Source of the DNA: Octopus sinensis
Lineage: Eukaryota
Assembly: GCF_006345805.1 (NCBI RefSeq)
Contig: NC_043021.1
Coordinates: 8,928,001-8,992,000 of the forward strand
Length of the DNA stretch: 64,000 nucleotides
Reading direction: 5' to 3'
Shown: positions 36,528-50,404 of the stretch, piece by piece
Numbering within the stretch: position 1 is the stretch's first letter
How the letters are laid out: each line of letters starts with the position of its first letter
Translations under genes and position numbers: made by a program
The notes under the pieces: model-generated
Database searches by the model: none
Seen by the model: only the letters and a program-made list of their open reading frames with translations
Told to the model about the DNA's origin: nothing

Positions 36528-37321
36528 GTGTGTGTGTGAGTATGGCTGTTTGGAAATAGGTCTGCACAAAAGGGGCAAAGTAAAAGTGTACAGGAAAAGC
36601 AAAATGGCATCAAAAAACACAAACAGACTCAAACGTATAACCCCTTCATCAGCTGTCGATCGGATATCACTGCTATTTCGATACATACATGCACACACAC
36701 ATATACATATATATATAAAAAAAATATATATATATATATATATACGCGCGCGCATACACGCACACGTTGTGTTATCCGTGATGTGATGCTAATGTATAAA
36801 CTAGCGGTTCCAAATCTGATGTCTGCAGACACCTGGAAGGTTCACGATAACAGTACGGAATGGAGTGGGCGCAGGTAAAGGGTCGGGGGGAGACTTCATT
36901 GAAATAAGAGAAGTCTGCGTTAGTGTAAAAGGTCGAGAACTACCGCTTATGCTTTTATGAACCGTTTTGATTGGACAACATAAGATTTCGAAATTGGGAT
37001 TATTGGGGGGCTTTGAGATACTACCAAATGTTGCAATTATCGTGCGTTTTGAGTTAGTCGCTAAGTAGAAGAGGAGGAGGAGGAGGAGGAAGAAGAAGAA
37101 GAAGAAGAAGAAGAAGAAGAAGAAGAAGAACAACAACAAGAAGAACAAGAACAAGAACAAGAACAAGAACAAGAACAAGAAGAACAAGAACAAGAACAAG
37201 AAGAACAAGAAGAACAAGAAAAATAAGGAGAAGATGGAGGAGGAGGAGGGGGAGGGGTAAGAACATAAGAATAAGAAGTGGAGGAGAAGAGAAGTGTACC
37301 CGGAGCGGTGGAGGAAAATAA

Positions 37322-37449
<128 letters not shown>

Positions 37450-37897
37450 GGTTTACACTTGTAGCCACAATAGTTACTAGTCATTGGATACCGGTGTATC
37501 TCTTCGTGCCGGAATAGTAATACACTAATTCCTTCTTTCTTACTATTGCTGATAGGTCCACAAGACACCGACTAGAACTGTCGACTCTCGACCCTTTCTT
37601 GACGACCGCCGACTGGTCTATTCATAATGGCTGGCTTTTTACTGGGAAGCTTATAGTTTCACTATATAACACTTATATCTCTACAATACCCCAAAATTTT
37701 AATTTCTTTTATGCAATTCCAAATATTTAATGCTTTTAAAGCATCGAATAATTATGAGGGTCCAACCGAGTAAAATAGAAATCAAAAGGGTCTAGAGATA
37801 AAAACTGTTTTGGACCACTGATATAAAGCAAAGTTAACCTCGGCATGATTTGAACTCAAAATGCAAGGAGTAGGAAAAAATTACCGTCAAGAATTCT

Positions 37898-37999
37898 AAG
37901 AACCTAGCGCTCCCAAGCGGTCACCCATCTAAATACTCACTAGGTTCGGCATTGCTTAACTTCGCTGATCGGACGAGAACCGGTGCATCCAACGTGATA
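37898..37999 (-). pseudogene. 5S: 5S rRNA pseudogene, truncated and diverged
   Basis: Minus reads TATCACGTTGGATGCACCGGTTCTCGTCCGATCAGCGAAGTTAAGCAATGCCGAACCTAGTGAGTATTTAGATGGGTGACCGCTTGGGAGCGCTAGGTTCT, matching the metazoan 5S core. About 10 nt of the 5' end and the terminal stem are missing. Confidence 0.9.
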
Positions 38000-38039
38000 A
38001 TCTTTTAGTTCAAGAATCGTTTCATAACCTTGCAGATAC

Positions 38040-38385
38040 AAGATATAGTTCTGAGTTCAAATTCCGCCGAGGTCGACTTTGTCTTTCATCCTTTCTGGGG
38101 TCGATAAAATAAGTACCAGTTACGCACTGGGATCGATATAATCGACTTAATCCGTTTGTCTGTCCTTGCTTGTCCTCTCTGTGTTTAGCCCCTTGTGGGT
38201 AGTAAAGAAATAGGTATTTCGTCTGCCGCTGCGATCTGAGTTCAAATTCCACTGAGGTCAACTTTGCCTTTCATCATTTCTGGGGTCGATAAAATAAGTA
38301 CCAGTTGAACACTGGGGGTCAATGGAATCGACTTACCCACTCACCCGAAATTGCTGGCCTTGTGCGAAAATTTGAAACCAATAGT
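38040..38385 (+). mobile_element. Family B SINE dimer
   Basis: Two bodies joined at GTAAAGAAATAGGTATTTCGTC. Confidence 0.85.
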
Positions 38386-39277
38386 CCTTCACTGCATAGA
38401 TAATTTTGGTGGATTCAAGGCTGAAGTTATAGGGACCACGAAAAAAAAAACAAAAAAACACCCTACATAACTCGGTTTCATCTGGGAATGTTTAAAATAG
38501 CTACTGTAATGTCAGAGTATTGTATGACTCAGCTCCATTTGATGCGAACCTCAACGAAGACGACCTTTAAAATATAGAACAGCAAGGTGCATACGAGGAG
38601 TTTGATGAACAAGATGGAGAACATGAAGCTGCTGAGACGCGCTAACAAAAGAATTCTCAATTAAAGAAGTCGAAAACTATATTTAGAAAATTTTAAAGAT
38701 GGGAAGCAGATGATGAAAGATGCAGATCCGAATTGAGAGAGAAACGACACAGAGAGTGAGAGAGCGTGTCTATATCTATGTGTGTGTATTAGAGAGAGAT
38801 TGAGAGAGGGGGGAGAAGGAGAGAGAGAGGAAGAGGGAGAGAGGGAGATTGAGAGAGCGTGATGCTAGTCAGAAGGCAAGCTGATAATGCACCCAGCTGC
38901 TGTAAAGTTATGCGCAAAGAGAGGACAAAAGAAAAATCGAAACACACATTCCTTTTAGAATATTTAAAAAAACGAAACCAGAAAAAGAAAAAAACACCAA
39001 AACGGAAAACGAAGAAAATGCATTCATTCTTCTTCTTCTTCTTTTAGCAATATACACAGATGCAAGTCAATAAACTTGAAGCTGCGTCAAATTCATTGAG
39101 TTGGTTATTTTATCAATCTCTAGTTTATCAATCTCCATGCATCGAATGGCTGAGTGAGTGGCGATTTTTGCTTGAGGGGACACGCCCGGCATATCAATTT
39201 ACCACTGGTAAACATTAACACAGATATACTGATAAGTGTGTGTGTGTATAAACATAGATAAATAGATACATATATAT

Positions 39278-39868
<591 letters not shown>

Positions 39869-39903
39869 AAATGTACATACACACACACATATATACATTT
39901 ATA

Positions 39904-40006
39904 TTGCTTCGGCAGTGCATATACTAAAATTAGGGCGATACAGAGAAGATTAGCATGGCCACTGCGCAAGGATGACGCGCAAATTCGTGAAGCATTCCAT
40001 AGTTTT
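39904..40006 (+). pseudogene. U6: U6 snRNA copy, near full length, probably a retropseudogene
   Basis: Matches U6 from TTGCTTCGGCAG to TTCCATAGTTTT, with ACAGAGA box and AGC triad intact and about 8 substitutions. First nucleotides are missing and upstream is microsatellite, not a PSE/TATA promoter. Confidence 0.93.
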
Positions 40007-40010
40007 AAAA

Positions 40011-40420
40011 TAGGCGCAGACGTGGCTGTGTGGTAAGAAGCTTGCTTCCCAACTACTTGTTCGCGTGTTCAGTCCCACTGCGTGGCTTTTCGGGCAAGTG
40101 TCTTTTATTGTAGCCCAGTGTTAACCAAAGACTTGTGAGTGGATTTGGCAACCGGAAACTGAAAGAAGCCCGTCGTGTGTGTATATATATATATATATGT
40201 ATATATCTATGTATGCGTGTTTTTGTGTCTCTCTTTGTCCGCCACCACCGCTTGACAACCGGTGTCGGTGTGTTTACGTACTGTAACGTAGCAGTTTGAC
40301 CAAAGAGACCGAGAGAATAAGTCTAGGCTTTAAAAAAATGTCCCGGGGTCGATTTGTTCGACTAGGACGCTTCAAGGTAGTGCTCTAGCATGGCCGCTGT
40401 CACATGACTGAAACAAGTAA
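40011..40420 (+). mobile_element. CORE-type SINE (family A, older variant) directly abutting the U6 copy
   Basis: TAGGCGCAGACGTGGCTGTGTGGTAAG begins 4 nt after the U6 3' T-run. Confidence 0.85.
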
Positions 40421-40459
40421 GACACCACACACACACACATGCACTGTAAACATATCAGG

Positions 40460-40682
40460 TTAAGGTGGTAAGCTGGCAGAATCGTTAAGACGCGGGGTAG
40501 GATGCTTAGCAGCATTTCGTCTGTCTTTACGTTCTGAGTTCAAATTCCACCGAGGTCGACTTTAACTTTCATCCTTTCGGGGTGGAGGCGATAAAATAAG
40601 TACCAGTTGATCACTGAAGTCGATCTAATCGACCTATCTCCTCCATGAAATTTCTGGCCTTGTGCCAAAAATTCGAAATCAA
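40460..40682 (+). mobile_element. Family B-related SINE monomer with head
   Basis: AAGGTGGTAAGCTGGCAGAATCGTT...GAGTTCAAATTCCACCGAGGTCGAC...AAGTACCAG. Confidence 0.8.
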
Positions 40683-40959
40683 TGTGAATATATTAAGCTG
40701 GAAATAAAATCCCGTCACGTTTTTGGCATGATCATTTTGAGGCTACTTTTCCAATGTTTATGTTAAAATAAGCATCAATTTTTTCTAATGTCTTTTTTTC
40801 CTTTGTCTTTGTTTGTAGACTGCTTTGTAACATGCTCGTTAAATTTATATCGATTTTACCCTTTTAAAATGAACTCAGATCGATCAGATCTATGATAGGC
40901 ACAGCATGCTGCTTGAATTTAAAAAGCATATTTCAACAATGAAACGTTACCCTTTTCAA

Positions 40960-41250
40960 GCCTAGCCAGGCTCATGGGCCTGGCTTCCCGGTTTCTGTGG
41001 CGTATGTGTTCCCCCCATCTGGACGGGACGCCAGTCCATCGCAGCGTTACTCAAGAAACAGGAAGAGAGAGTGAGAGAAAGTTGTGGCGAAAGAGTACAA
41101 CAGGGGTCACCACCACCCCCTGCCGGAGCCTCGTGGAGCTTTAAGGTGTTTTCGTTCAATAAATACACACAACGCCAGGTCTGGGAATCGAAACCGCATT
41201 CCTCTGACCGCGAGTCCGCTGCCCTAACCACTGGGCCATTGCGCCTCCAC
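40960..41250 (-). mobile_element. tRNA-headed SINE (family D)
   Basis: Minus head GTGGAGGCGCAATGGCCCAGTGGTTAGGGCAGCGGACTCGCGG...GTTTCGATTCC; related copy at 51650-51870. Confidence 0.8.
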
Positions 41251-41798
41251 TCAGCAATGAAAGCTGCAAGAAATATATTTTCTGTTCGTGGAAACGAAGC
41301 TTTAAGTGTCTGAACATGTCAACGATGTCTTATCGAGTTTCGCTCGAGTAATTTTTCTCTCGCATGTTAACCTCGATCTAAACGACCAAATTCTGTGAAT
41401 ATTGAACAATTATAAGAGCAATTCTTTTCCCAAATAGGTTGCACTTCATATTCGAAGTTCCGATGAAGCTGTAAGATGTTACTCAGACACTTGACTATGA
41501 GTCCACTGCATAATATAGCAGAAACAGCCGCAAGCTAATGTATTTCATAACATAAATCGTTTCTTCCTTTGTCATCTCATTTCCTTATATGCATACTTTT
41601 ACTCTTTTACTCTCTTATTACTTGTTTCAGTCATTTTGACTGCGGCCATGCTAGAACACCGCCTTTAGTCGAGCAAATCGACCGCAGGATTTATTCTTTG
41701 TAAGCCTAGTACTTATTCTATCGGTATCTTTTGCCGAACTGCTAAGTTACGGGGACGTAAACACACCAACATCGGTTGTCAAGCGATAGTGGGGGACA

Positions 41799-41841
<43 letters not shown>

Positions 41842-41868
41842 GTATATATTTATATGTATATATATATA

Positions 41869-41942
<74 letters not shown>

Positions 41943-42191
41943 CAAAATAAGCAACAAATATATCCAGAGATAATGCAATACGATCGTTTCATACAGCTCC
42001 ATTTAATTGAACAATGCAATCATTACATCAATTTAAAATGTAGAGCAATCTTCAGCTGCACAAAGACATAGAATTTAATTAAATTAGAACAGATGGATAC
42101 ATTAGTATAATTATACCTAAGATCTCCAAGAAGTTAAGGAGATAGACAAAGAGTATGTTATCTTTACTTCAGCATAGAAGTTATATATATA

Positions 42192-43456
42192 TTGGATTGG
42201 CAAGAGCGTAATTTTGGTTTTTTAGTGTGAAATAAAAGTCATTTTTTTCATACAAAGAATGAACTTTAATCAATCATATTTTCCTAATATTTTATTCGAT
42301 GACCTTTTGCCATCTTTCTGGTAACTTCATGATTCTGCGTCCGTGGAACTTCCTGTCCTTAGCCAAAAACTGAAGCAAGTGCGATTTCAGGTCATCATCA
42401 TTATTGAAAGTTTTACCATTCAAAGAATCTTGCAAACTTTGAAATAAATAGGAATCTGATGGTGCAAGGTCAGGGCAATATAGTGGATGTGAGATCACTT
42501 CCCAACCAAGCTCCAGTAATTTTTCATGAGTCAGCAAAGACGTGTGTGGTCTAGCGTTGTCATGGTGGAACACGGTTTCTTTACGATTTGCCAATTCTGG
42601 TTGTTTTTCTTTTATTGCTTCTTCCAGTTTCATTAATTGTTGACAGTAAACATCTGAATTGATTTTTTGGTTCCTTGGAAGCAGCTCAAAAAGCACAACA
42701 CCTTTGCAATCCCACCAAATTGACAGCATGACATTTTTTGGATGCAATTCAGCTTTCGATGTGGTCTGTGCTAGTTCATCACGCCTGAACCATGATCGCT
42801 TTCGATTGATGTTATTGTAAACTATCCACTTTTCACCACCAGTGATGATTCGTTTCAAAAAAAGGGTCAATTTCATTGTGTTTGAGATTCATATCGAAAA
42901 TATTGATTCGTTGTGTTAAGTGAATCTCTTTCAATTTATGGGGAACACAAATATCAAACTTCTTAACGAGTCCAAGATATTTTAAGTGATTTTCAATTGT
43001 TGTGTGTGATACATTCAACCCCTCTGCAATCTTTCACACAGTTATATGACAATCAGATTAAATTATGGCTTCGATTATGTCGACCAGGACGTTGGTCATC
43101 TTTGAGTGAAAAATCTTCAGAACAGAATTTTTAAAACCATTTCTGACATGTGGTTTATGTTAAGCAATCAACACCATAAACTTCACATATCTCTTTGTGA
43201 GCCCCAGCAGCTTTCTTGCCTTTCTGGAAATAAAAAAAAAAGCAAAATATGGCGAAAATGTTCGTTTTTGCACTCCATGTTAAAATTGACTCTGAACTAA
43301 CGGCAGTAAACAAAATTACGCGCAATTTGCTTCTAAAGTAAGCCAAAAGTAACGGCTATCAAATGTCAACACGAAAAAGTCGTAACACTGACAAAAGTCA
43401 TAAAAAAAATCGTAACTCTCTTTGAGAAGAACAAAATTATTTTCTTGCCAACCCAA
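42192..43456 (-). mobile_element. Full-size (about 1265 bp) degenerate mariner (DD34D) transposon
   Basis: Imperfect TIRs TTGG(A/G)TTGGCAAGA...TAATTTTG. Frameshifted transposase with HTTIENHL (HTH), IITGGEKWIVY, FHHDNARPH and HPLYCPDLAPSDSYLFQSL. Confidence 0.93.
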
Positions 43457-43499
43457 TTTTTACCTATCTATCTATCTATATATATATATATATATATAT

Positions 43500-43660
43500 A
43501 TACGACAGAATTCTTTCAATTTCCGTCTATCAAATCCACTCACAAGATCTTTGATCGGTCCGAGGCTATAGTAAAAGACACTTGCCCAAGGTGCCACTCA
43601 GTGGGACTGAACTCGGAACCATGTGGTTGGGAAGCAAGCTTCTTACCACACAGCCACGTA
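43500..43660 (-). mobile_element. Family A SINE head fragment
   Basis: Reverse complement of the head through the CORE region. Confidence 0.8.
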
Positions 43661-44184
43661 TACGAAGTGTGAAGAAGACGCTGCAAGTGAAAGTAGTGAA
43701 TGAAGCGTTGCTTTTTATTCCCACGTCTTCTCACATTGAGCAGACTTAGAATCAAAAGACAACCTAAGCCGTGACCACCTCATCTTCTTTTCAGATATAC
43801 TGTATCAATAACTACATTATTCAGCATCTCTCTTTCTCTTTCTCTTTCTCTCTCTCTCTCTCTCTCCATTCTCTCTCTCTCTCTCTCTCTCTCTCCTTTT
43901 TAAGAAAGTAGAACATGATTTGAGGAAGATTTGGTTGCTGTTCTTTGAAGGCTGGGTGACCACGTAGACGCTCTTTCTCATTTGCTCGTGGATCAACCAT
44001 TAGATAATGTTCTCTTGTGTATACCAACAGGATGTTCATGGATGGAACGTCTTTAATCACAGGGCTAGTATGTTACGAGTGTGTGTGTGCGCGCACGCGT
44101 GTGATTGTGTGTGTGCATGTGTGTGCGTGTGTGTGAGACTGTCTTTCGTTTGCTTGACAGAGGTGAACAGTCAAACGCACACTT

Positions 44185-44592
44185 ATTTATTTATTGCCCG
44201 CAAGGGGCTAAACATGGAGGGGACAAACAAAGGGATTAAGTCGATTACATCGACCCCAGTGCGTAACTGGTACTTAATTTATCGACCCTGAAAGGATGAA
44301 AGGCAAAGTCGACCTCGGCGGAATTTGAACTCAGAACGTAACGGCAGACGAAATACCTATTTCTTTACTACCCACAAGGGGCTAAACACAGAGACGACAA
44401 ACAAGGACAGACAAACGGATTAAGTCGATTATATCGACTCCAGTGCGTAACTAGTACTTATTTAATCGACCCCGAAAGGATGAACGGCAAAGTCGACCTC
44501 GGCGGAATTTGAACTCAGAACGTAGCGGCAGACGAAATACTGCTGAGCATTTCGCCCGGCGTACTAACGTTTCTGCCAGCTCGCCGCCTTCG
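44185..44592 (-). mobile_element. Family B SINE: one head plus two bodies
   Basis: Two 184-bp-type units then the head GCATTTCGCCCGGCGTACTAAC...GCCAGCTCGCCGCCTT. Confidence 0.88.
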
Positions 44593-44603
44593 TCAAACAC
44601 ACA

Positions 44604-44686
<83 letters not shown>

Positions 44687-45168
44687 GCACACACTGGCAC
44701 GCTCCATCATGACTGACGTCATGTACCAATACCGAAAGATTGCCATGGACATCCAAATAGATGGCTTGGTCACGGCTGGATTACCAATTTATGAATGCCG
44801 CAACCTCAGCAAACATTCCACCCCTCCCTGACAGACCAGATAAATCTATTGTGTCGAGATAATATGAAACATTATTCACATTATGGTAATTCATTTTCTT
44901 TCGTCACAGTCGCAGTTTGTTTATTTATTATGTTTATTACTGCAATTGTATTGTCAGTAATTGTTGCCCTGTTACAGTAGTTGCTTTCTTCGTCGTTGTT
45001 GTAAATTGTTGCCATTTTTGTCGTTATTGTTATTGTTGTTGTTGCCGTTAAGATGTTATCTTTTGTCATTGCTGCTGCTGCTGTTGATGTTGATGTTAAA
45101 GGATGTTATTTTTTCTTGTTGTTGTTGTTGTTGTCGCCGCTGTTGATGTTATTGTTGTTACTGTACTC

Positions 45169-45202
<34 letters not shown>

Positions 45203-45429
45203 GCTGGTGTCGTCTGCTTAATAGGTTTTCTCTGATTACTCTATATTGATTTTCATTCGGAAATTACGCATGTATCGTGTGCGAGGGAGAGAGAAAGAAA
45301 CAAAGAGACGAAGGGGAGACGGACAGACAGACAGACAGACGGACAGAAGGAGACAAACAGACAGTATTTGAAGTCTAAAATTTCACAGTCATCACTTCGA
45401 GTTTCTCAAGATCGCTTTGAATTATAAAT

Positions 45430-45616
45430 GCCACTTAGTGTACTACAGAGACACACACACACACACGCACACACAAAGATGCACACGCATACACACACAC
45501 ACACACACAAACATAAACATACATGCATACATACATACATACATATATGCACACACACACACACATATATATATATACATACACACACATACACACACAC
45601 ATATATATATATATAG

Positions 45617-45647
<31 letters not shown>

Positions 45648-45761
45648 CTTTATGTATGTATATGTGTGTATATATACACACATATATATACATATATATA
45701 AATACATATATATAATATATACACAAAAATACGTATATATTATACACAATATATATGTATA

Positions 45762-45802
<41 letters not shown>

Positions 45803-45813
45803 CTCATACACTG

Positions 45814-45856
<43 letters not shown>

Positions 45857-46219
45857 ATGTATATATTTATATAAACATATTTTAACAAACATACGCATGT
45901 ATAACGTATAGGTACATGTGTTTGCGTACAATTCATTCACACACATGTATCTATACACACACACACACAAGCGCTCACGCACACACACGCACACACATAC
46001 ATGCATACGCAGGAACAATCCAACACAAATATATACATATACATACGCACACATACATAAGGATACATGGATATGCATACACACATTTCTACGTTTCTGT
46101 TAATTGTTTAAACACTCTTTATGGGCATATTTATTCATTTACACCCACACATACATCCACACACATAAACACATACATAGAAGCATACATACACATATAT
46201 ATTATATATATATATATAT

Positions 46220-46260
<41 letters not shown>

Positions 46261-46287
46261 GTATATATATATGCATATATGTATATA

Positions 46288-46345
<58 letters not shown>

Positions 46346-46395
46346 GCATATATGTATATATGCATATATTATATATATATATATATAATATATAT

Positions 46396-46459
<64 letters not shown>

Positions 46460-47206
46460 ATCGTATTGCATGATTAGTCAACATGTCTGTATGTAGAAGT
46501 ATATTGAGTAGCTTATAATAATACAATAACAATGGCAGAAACATTTACACTTCTTGTGGTATAATATTGATGATGATGATGATGTTGGTCGTGGTGGTGG
46601 TGATGAAGATGATGATGATGATGATTGATGAATGTGAGATGAGATGATGATGTTGGTCGTGGTGGTGGTGATGAAGATGATGATGATGATGATGATGAAG
46701 ATGATGATGATGATGATGGTTATGATGATGATGGTGGTGGTGGTGATGATGATGATGATGGTGGTGGTGATGATGATGATGGTGGTGATGATGATGATGG
46801 TGGTAGTGATGATGAAGATGATGATGATGGTGGTGGTGGTGATGATGATGATGGATGATGATGATGATGATGATGAAAATGGTGATGATGGTGATGATGA
46901 TGATGGTGGTGGTGGTGATGATGATGATGATGATGGTGGTGATGATGGTGATGATGGTGATGATGATGATGGTGGTAGTGATGATGAAGATGATGATGAT
47001 GGTGATGATGCTGATGATGATGATGATGATGAAGATGATGGTGGTGATGATGCTGATGATGGTGATGATGATGATGGTGGTAGTGATGATGATGGTGATG
47101 ATGATGATGGCGATGGCGATGATGATAACAATAATATTAATCGTGATAACTATTAGTTATAGGGATAATAGTGATAGAGATAACAATAGAAGCAGCGGTA
47201 GCAACG

Positions 47207-47296
<90 letters not shown>

Positions 47297-47322
47297 ACAA
47301 CAACAACAATAATAATAATAAT

Positions 47323-47365
<43 letters not shown>
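45430..47365. repeat. Compound (CA)/(TA)n, (GAT/GGT)n, (CAG)(TAG)(AAT)n microsatellite region
   Basis: Directly visible. Confidence 0.9.
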
Positions 47366-47888
47366 GCTTCTGCTCATAACTGATTGGAAGTGATATCACG
47401 TACAAAGTTTTGTCTTGGTATAAAAGATGGGCTACAGCAAATATTCTGCTCAATAACACAGATTTGCTTGTCATTTGTTTGACCATAACCAGTTGAGCAT
47501 GTCCCTTAGTGGCTGACGATATGTGCATCTCTGATCACGAGCAGAAGTAGTGGGGGAGCATCATAGCCATGTGTTAAGAGGGATTCTTTAGGGTTTAGAT
47601 AATTCAACTCTGGAAGAATGAATGTTTCGTTTAACATCCTTAAACAAACCTCATTCAGGGACCTTTTGAGCGGGATGGGCTACTCGACCTGAGGAAAATT
47701 CTAACTGGGCCTCACCTGCAAGGTCATGTGCTGTTTATCTTGATATGAGATCACCATGTCGGTCGCGCACACATGGATGTGATGCATGTGCCTGGTGTAC
47801 CCTTATTAGATGGGTAATCATGAGGGGTATACTGGGCTTCGTATTTTACTCCAGTGTTACTTTGATGACATGCACTGCTCTCTCACTC

Positions 47889-47958
<70 letters not shown>

Positions 47959-48510
47959 CCCTGATGCAGTACCAGGCAGTGGCTCTCATGGCTTCTGATC
48001 TTAACTGATTGGAAGTGTTATCATGTACATTGTTTTGTCTTGGTATAAAAGATGGGCTACAGCAATATTCTGCTCAATACCACAGATTTGCTTGTCAGTT
48101 GTTTGACCTTAACCAGTTGAGCATGTCCCTTAGTGGCTGACGATATGTGCATCTCTGATCACGAGCAGAAGTAGTGGGGGAGCATCATAGCCATGTGTTG
48201 AGAGGGATTCTTTGGGGTTTGAATAATTCACCTCTGGAAACATGGGTGGTTCTTTCAACATCCTTAAACAACCCTTATTCAGGGACCTTTTGAGCGGGAT
48301 GGGCTACTCAACCTGAAGATATTTCTAACTGGGCCCTACCTGCAAGGTCATGTGCTATTTATCTTGATATGAGATCACCATGTCGCGCACATATGGTTGT
48401 GATGCATGTGCCTGGTGTACCCTTATCAGACGGGTAGTCATGATGGGTATATTGGGCTTCGTATATTTTACCCCTGTGTCTCTTTGATGGCATGAACTAC
48501 TCTCTCACTC

Positions 48511-48512
<2 letters not shown>
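47364..48512. mobile_element. Two tandem copies (about 530-550 bp) of an unclassified (TAA)n-flanked interspersed repeat
   Basis: 47364-47890 and 47957-48512 are colinear (GGCTTCTG..AACTGATTGGAAGTG...CTCTCTCACTC), each bounded by (TAA)n. Confidence 0.8.
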
Positions 48513-48541
<29 letters not shown>

Positions 48542-48543
48542 TC

Positions 48544-48577
<34 letters not shown>

Positions 48578-48696
48578 TGATGACGACGACGACGACGAAG
48601 ACGACAACGACGACGAAGACGACGACGACGACGACGACGACGACGAAGACGACGACGACGATTTCGATGACGATGACGATGACGATGACGATGATG

Positions 48697-49009
48697 ATGA
48701 TTTCAAAGTACAAAGACCTGGAAATAGAGGTAACTCGAATGTGGAATCTAAAAACAGAAACAATTCCTATCATAGTGGGCGCATTAGGTATGATAAAAAA
48801 ATATTCAGACAAATACATAACAAAAACACCAGGACTTACAAATATATATAACATACAGAAAATTGCACTACTGGGCACTGCACACATCCTACGCAAAACA
48901 CTTTCAATACAGTAACCATAAGAGCATCACAGCAAACCACAGCACATACCCAAGGCACACAGAGCTGCGCTCGGTAGTGAAGTGAAAGCACGCTATAAAA
49001 ATAAAACTA

Positions 49010-49073
<64 letters not shown>

Positions 49074-49075
49074 TA
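48697..49075 (+). mobile_element. 3' fragment of an R4/Dong-clade non-LTR retrotransposon (end of RLE domain, 3' UTR, (TAA)n)
   Basis: ISKYKDLEIEVTRMWNLKTETIPIIVGALG...IQKIALLGTAHILRKTL matches the C-terminal RLE pattern KYxxL..W..P.v.GaLG..QK..LLGT..ILR; followed by UTR and (TAA)n. Confidence 0.8.
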
Positions 49076-49304
49076 AGGATGATGATGATGATGATGTGAT
49101 GATGATGATGATACTTATAGTCACTGAAAGTCTTTAAGAAATGGCTTTTCTTTTGTTTTTCATTTTTTTTTTTAGTTATTCACACTGCAGGATCTATAAA
49201 TGTCTTGAATGCAATATCTTCCTGTTTTTGACGCTCATCATCAAACATTTATTAAGGAAATGCGTTGAGTTAAGAGCTGAGATTGTCTGCTTATCGAAGT
49301 CTGT

Positions 49305-49747
49305 GTATATACATACATACATACATACATACATACATACATACATACATACATACATACATACATACATACATACATAAATACATACATACATACATAC
49401 ATACACACACATACATGCATACATACATACATGCATATATACATACATACATACACACATACATACATAGATACATACATACATGCATACATACATAGAT
49501 ACATATATACATACATACACACACATACATACATAGATACATACATACAATCATATATACATAGATACATACATATATACATACATACACACAAACATAC
49601 ATACATACATACATACACACACACATACATACATAGATACGTACATACATACATACACATACATACATACAAACATACATGAATATATATACATATATAC
49701 ACATACATATATATTCATACAGTTATATAATGATGTATACAAATACG

Positions 49748-49815
<68 letters not shown>
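49305..49815. repeat. (TACA)n then (TA)n array
   Basis: Directly visible. Confidence 0.95.
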
Positions 49816-49816
<1 letters not shown>

Positions 49817-50404
49817 AAATTCATAGTAGCTATAGAATAGAATTGATTATCAAAAATCGCGTAAAATAGAATAGAAAAATGCGTATGTATGTACACATAT
49901 GCATATCTAAATGTATGTGCTTGTGTGTGTTTGTGTGTATGCGTGCCTGTGTGTGTTGTATCGGCCATCAAGTTTGTCTCTCTCGTCGCCTTCCCATGCA
50001 CTTATAATACTGTATACAAAGCAATAAATACATCAAATATTACACCTATTAAAAACACACAAATCACACATAATGTACATTATATAAATCAAATACACAC
50101 TAATTATGCAATAGATGATCTCATTATCAAAAAAATCTCGTAAAATAGAACTGAAAAATGCTTTATACCAAACGATCAATGAACATTTATAACATACACA
50201 ATAAACAGTAAAATTGAAATAAAACTTCTTATCAACAAAACACCACCAGCATGTGAAAGAGTGAACCAGCTACTAATGATCAATGCGATTAATAAATTCT
50301 AACACCAAGGTAAAAGTTGTATACTTCCTGACTTCGACTGTTATACTGGCCATTAATATACGACATGGTGCTACTCGGCTCATCATCAGGTGATCACTTC
50401 GTCT

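Noticed and set aside
36615-36662. Hammerhead-like CTGATGAAGGGG on minus
   Set aside because: No GAAA and no complete stem II; insufficient support.
38500-38730. Acidic protein-like plus-strand stretch (YDSAPFDANLNEDDL*...EEFDEQDGEHE)
   Set aside because: Multiple stops, no splice signals or family motif that I can identify.
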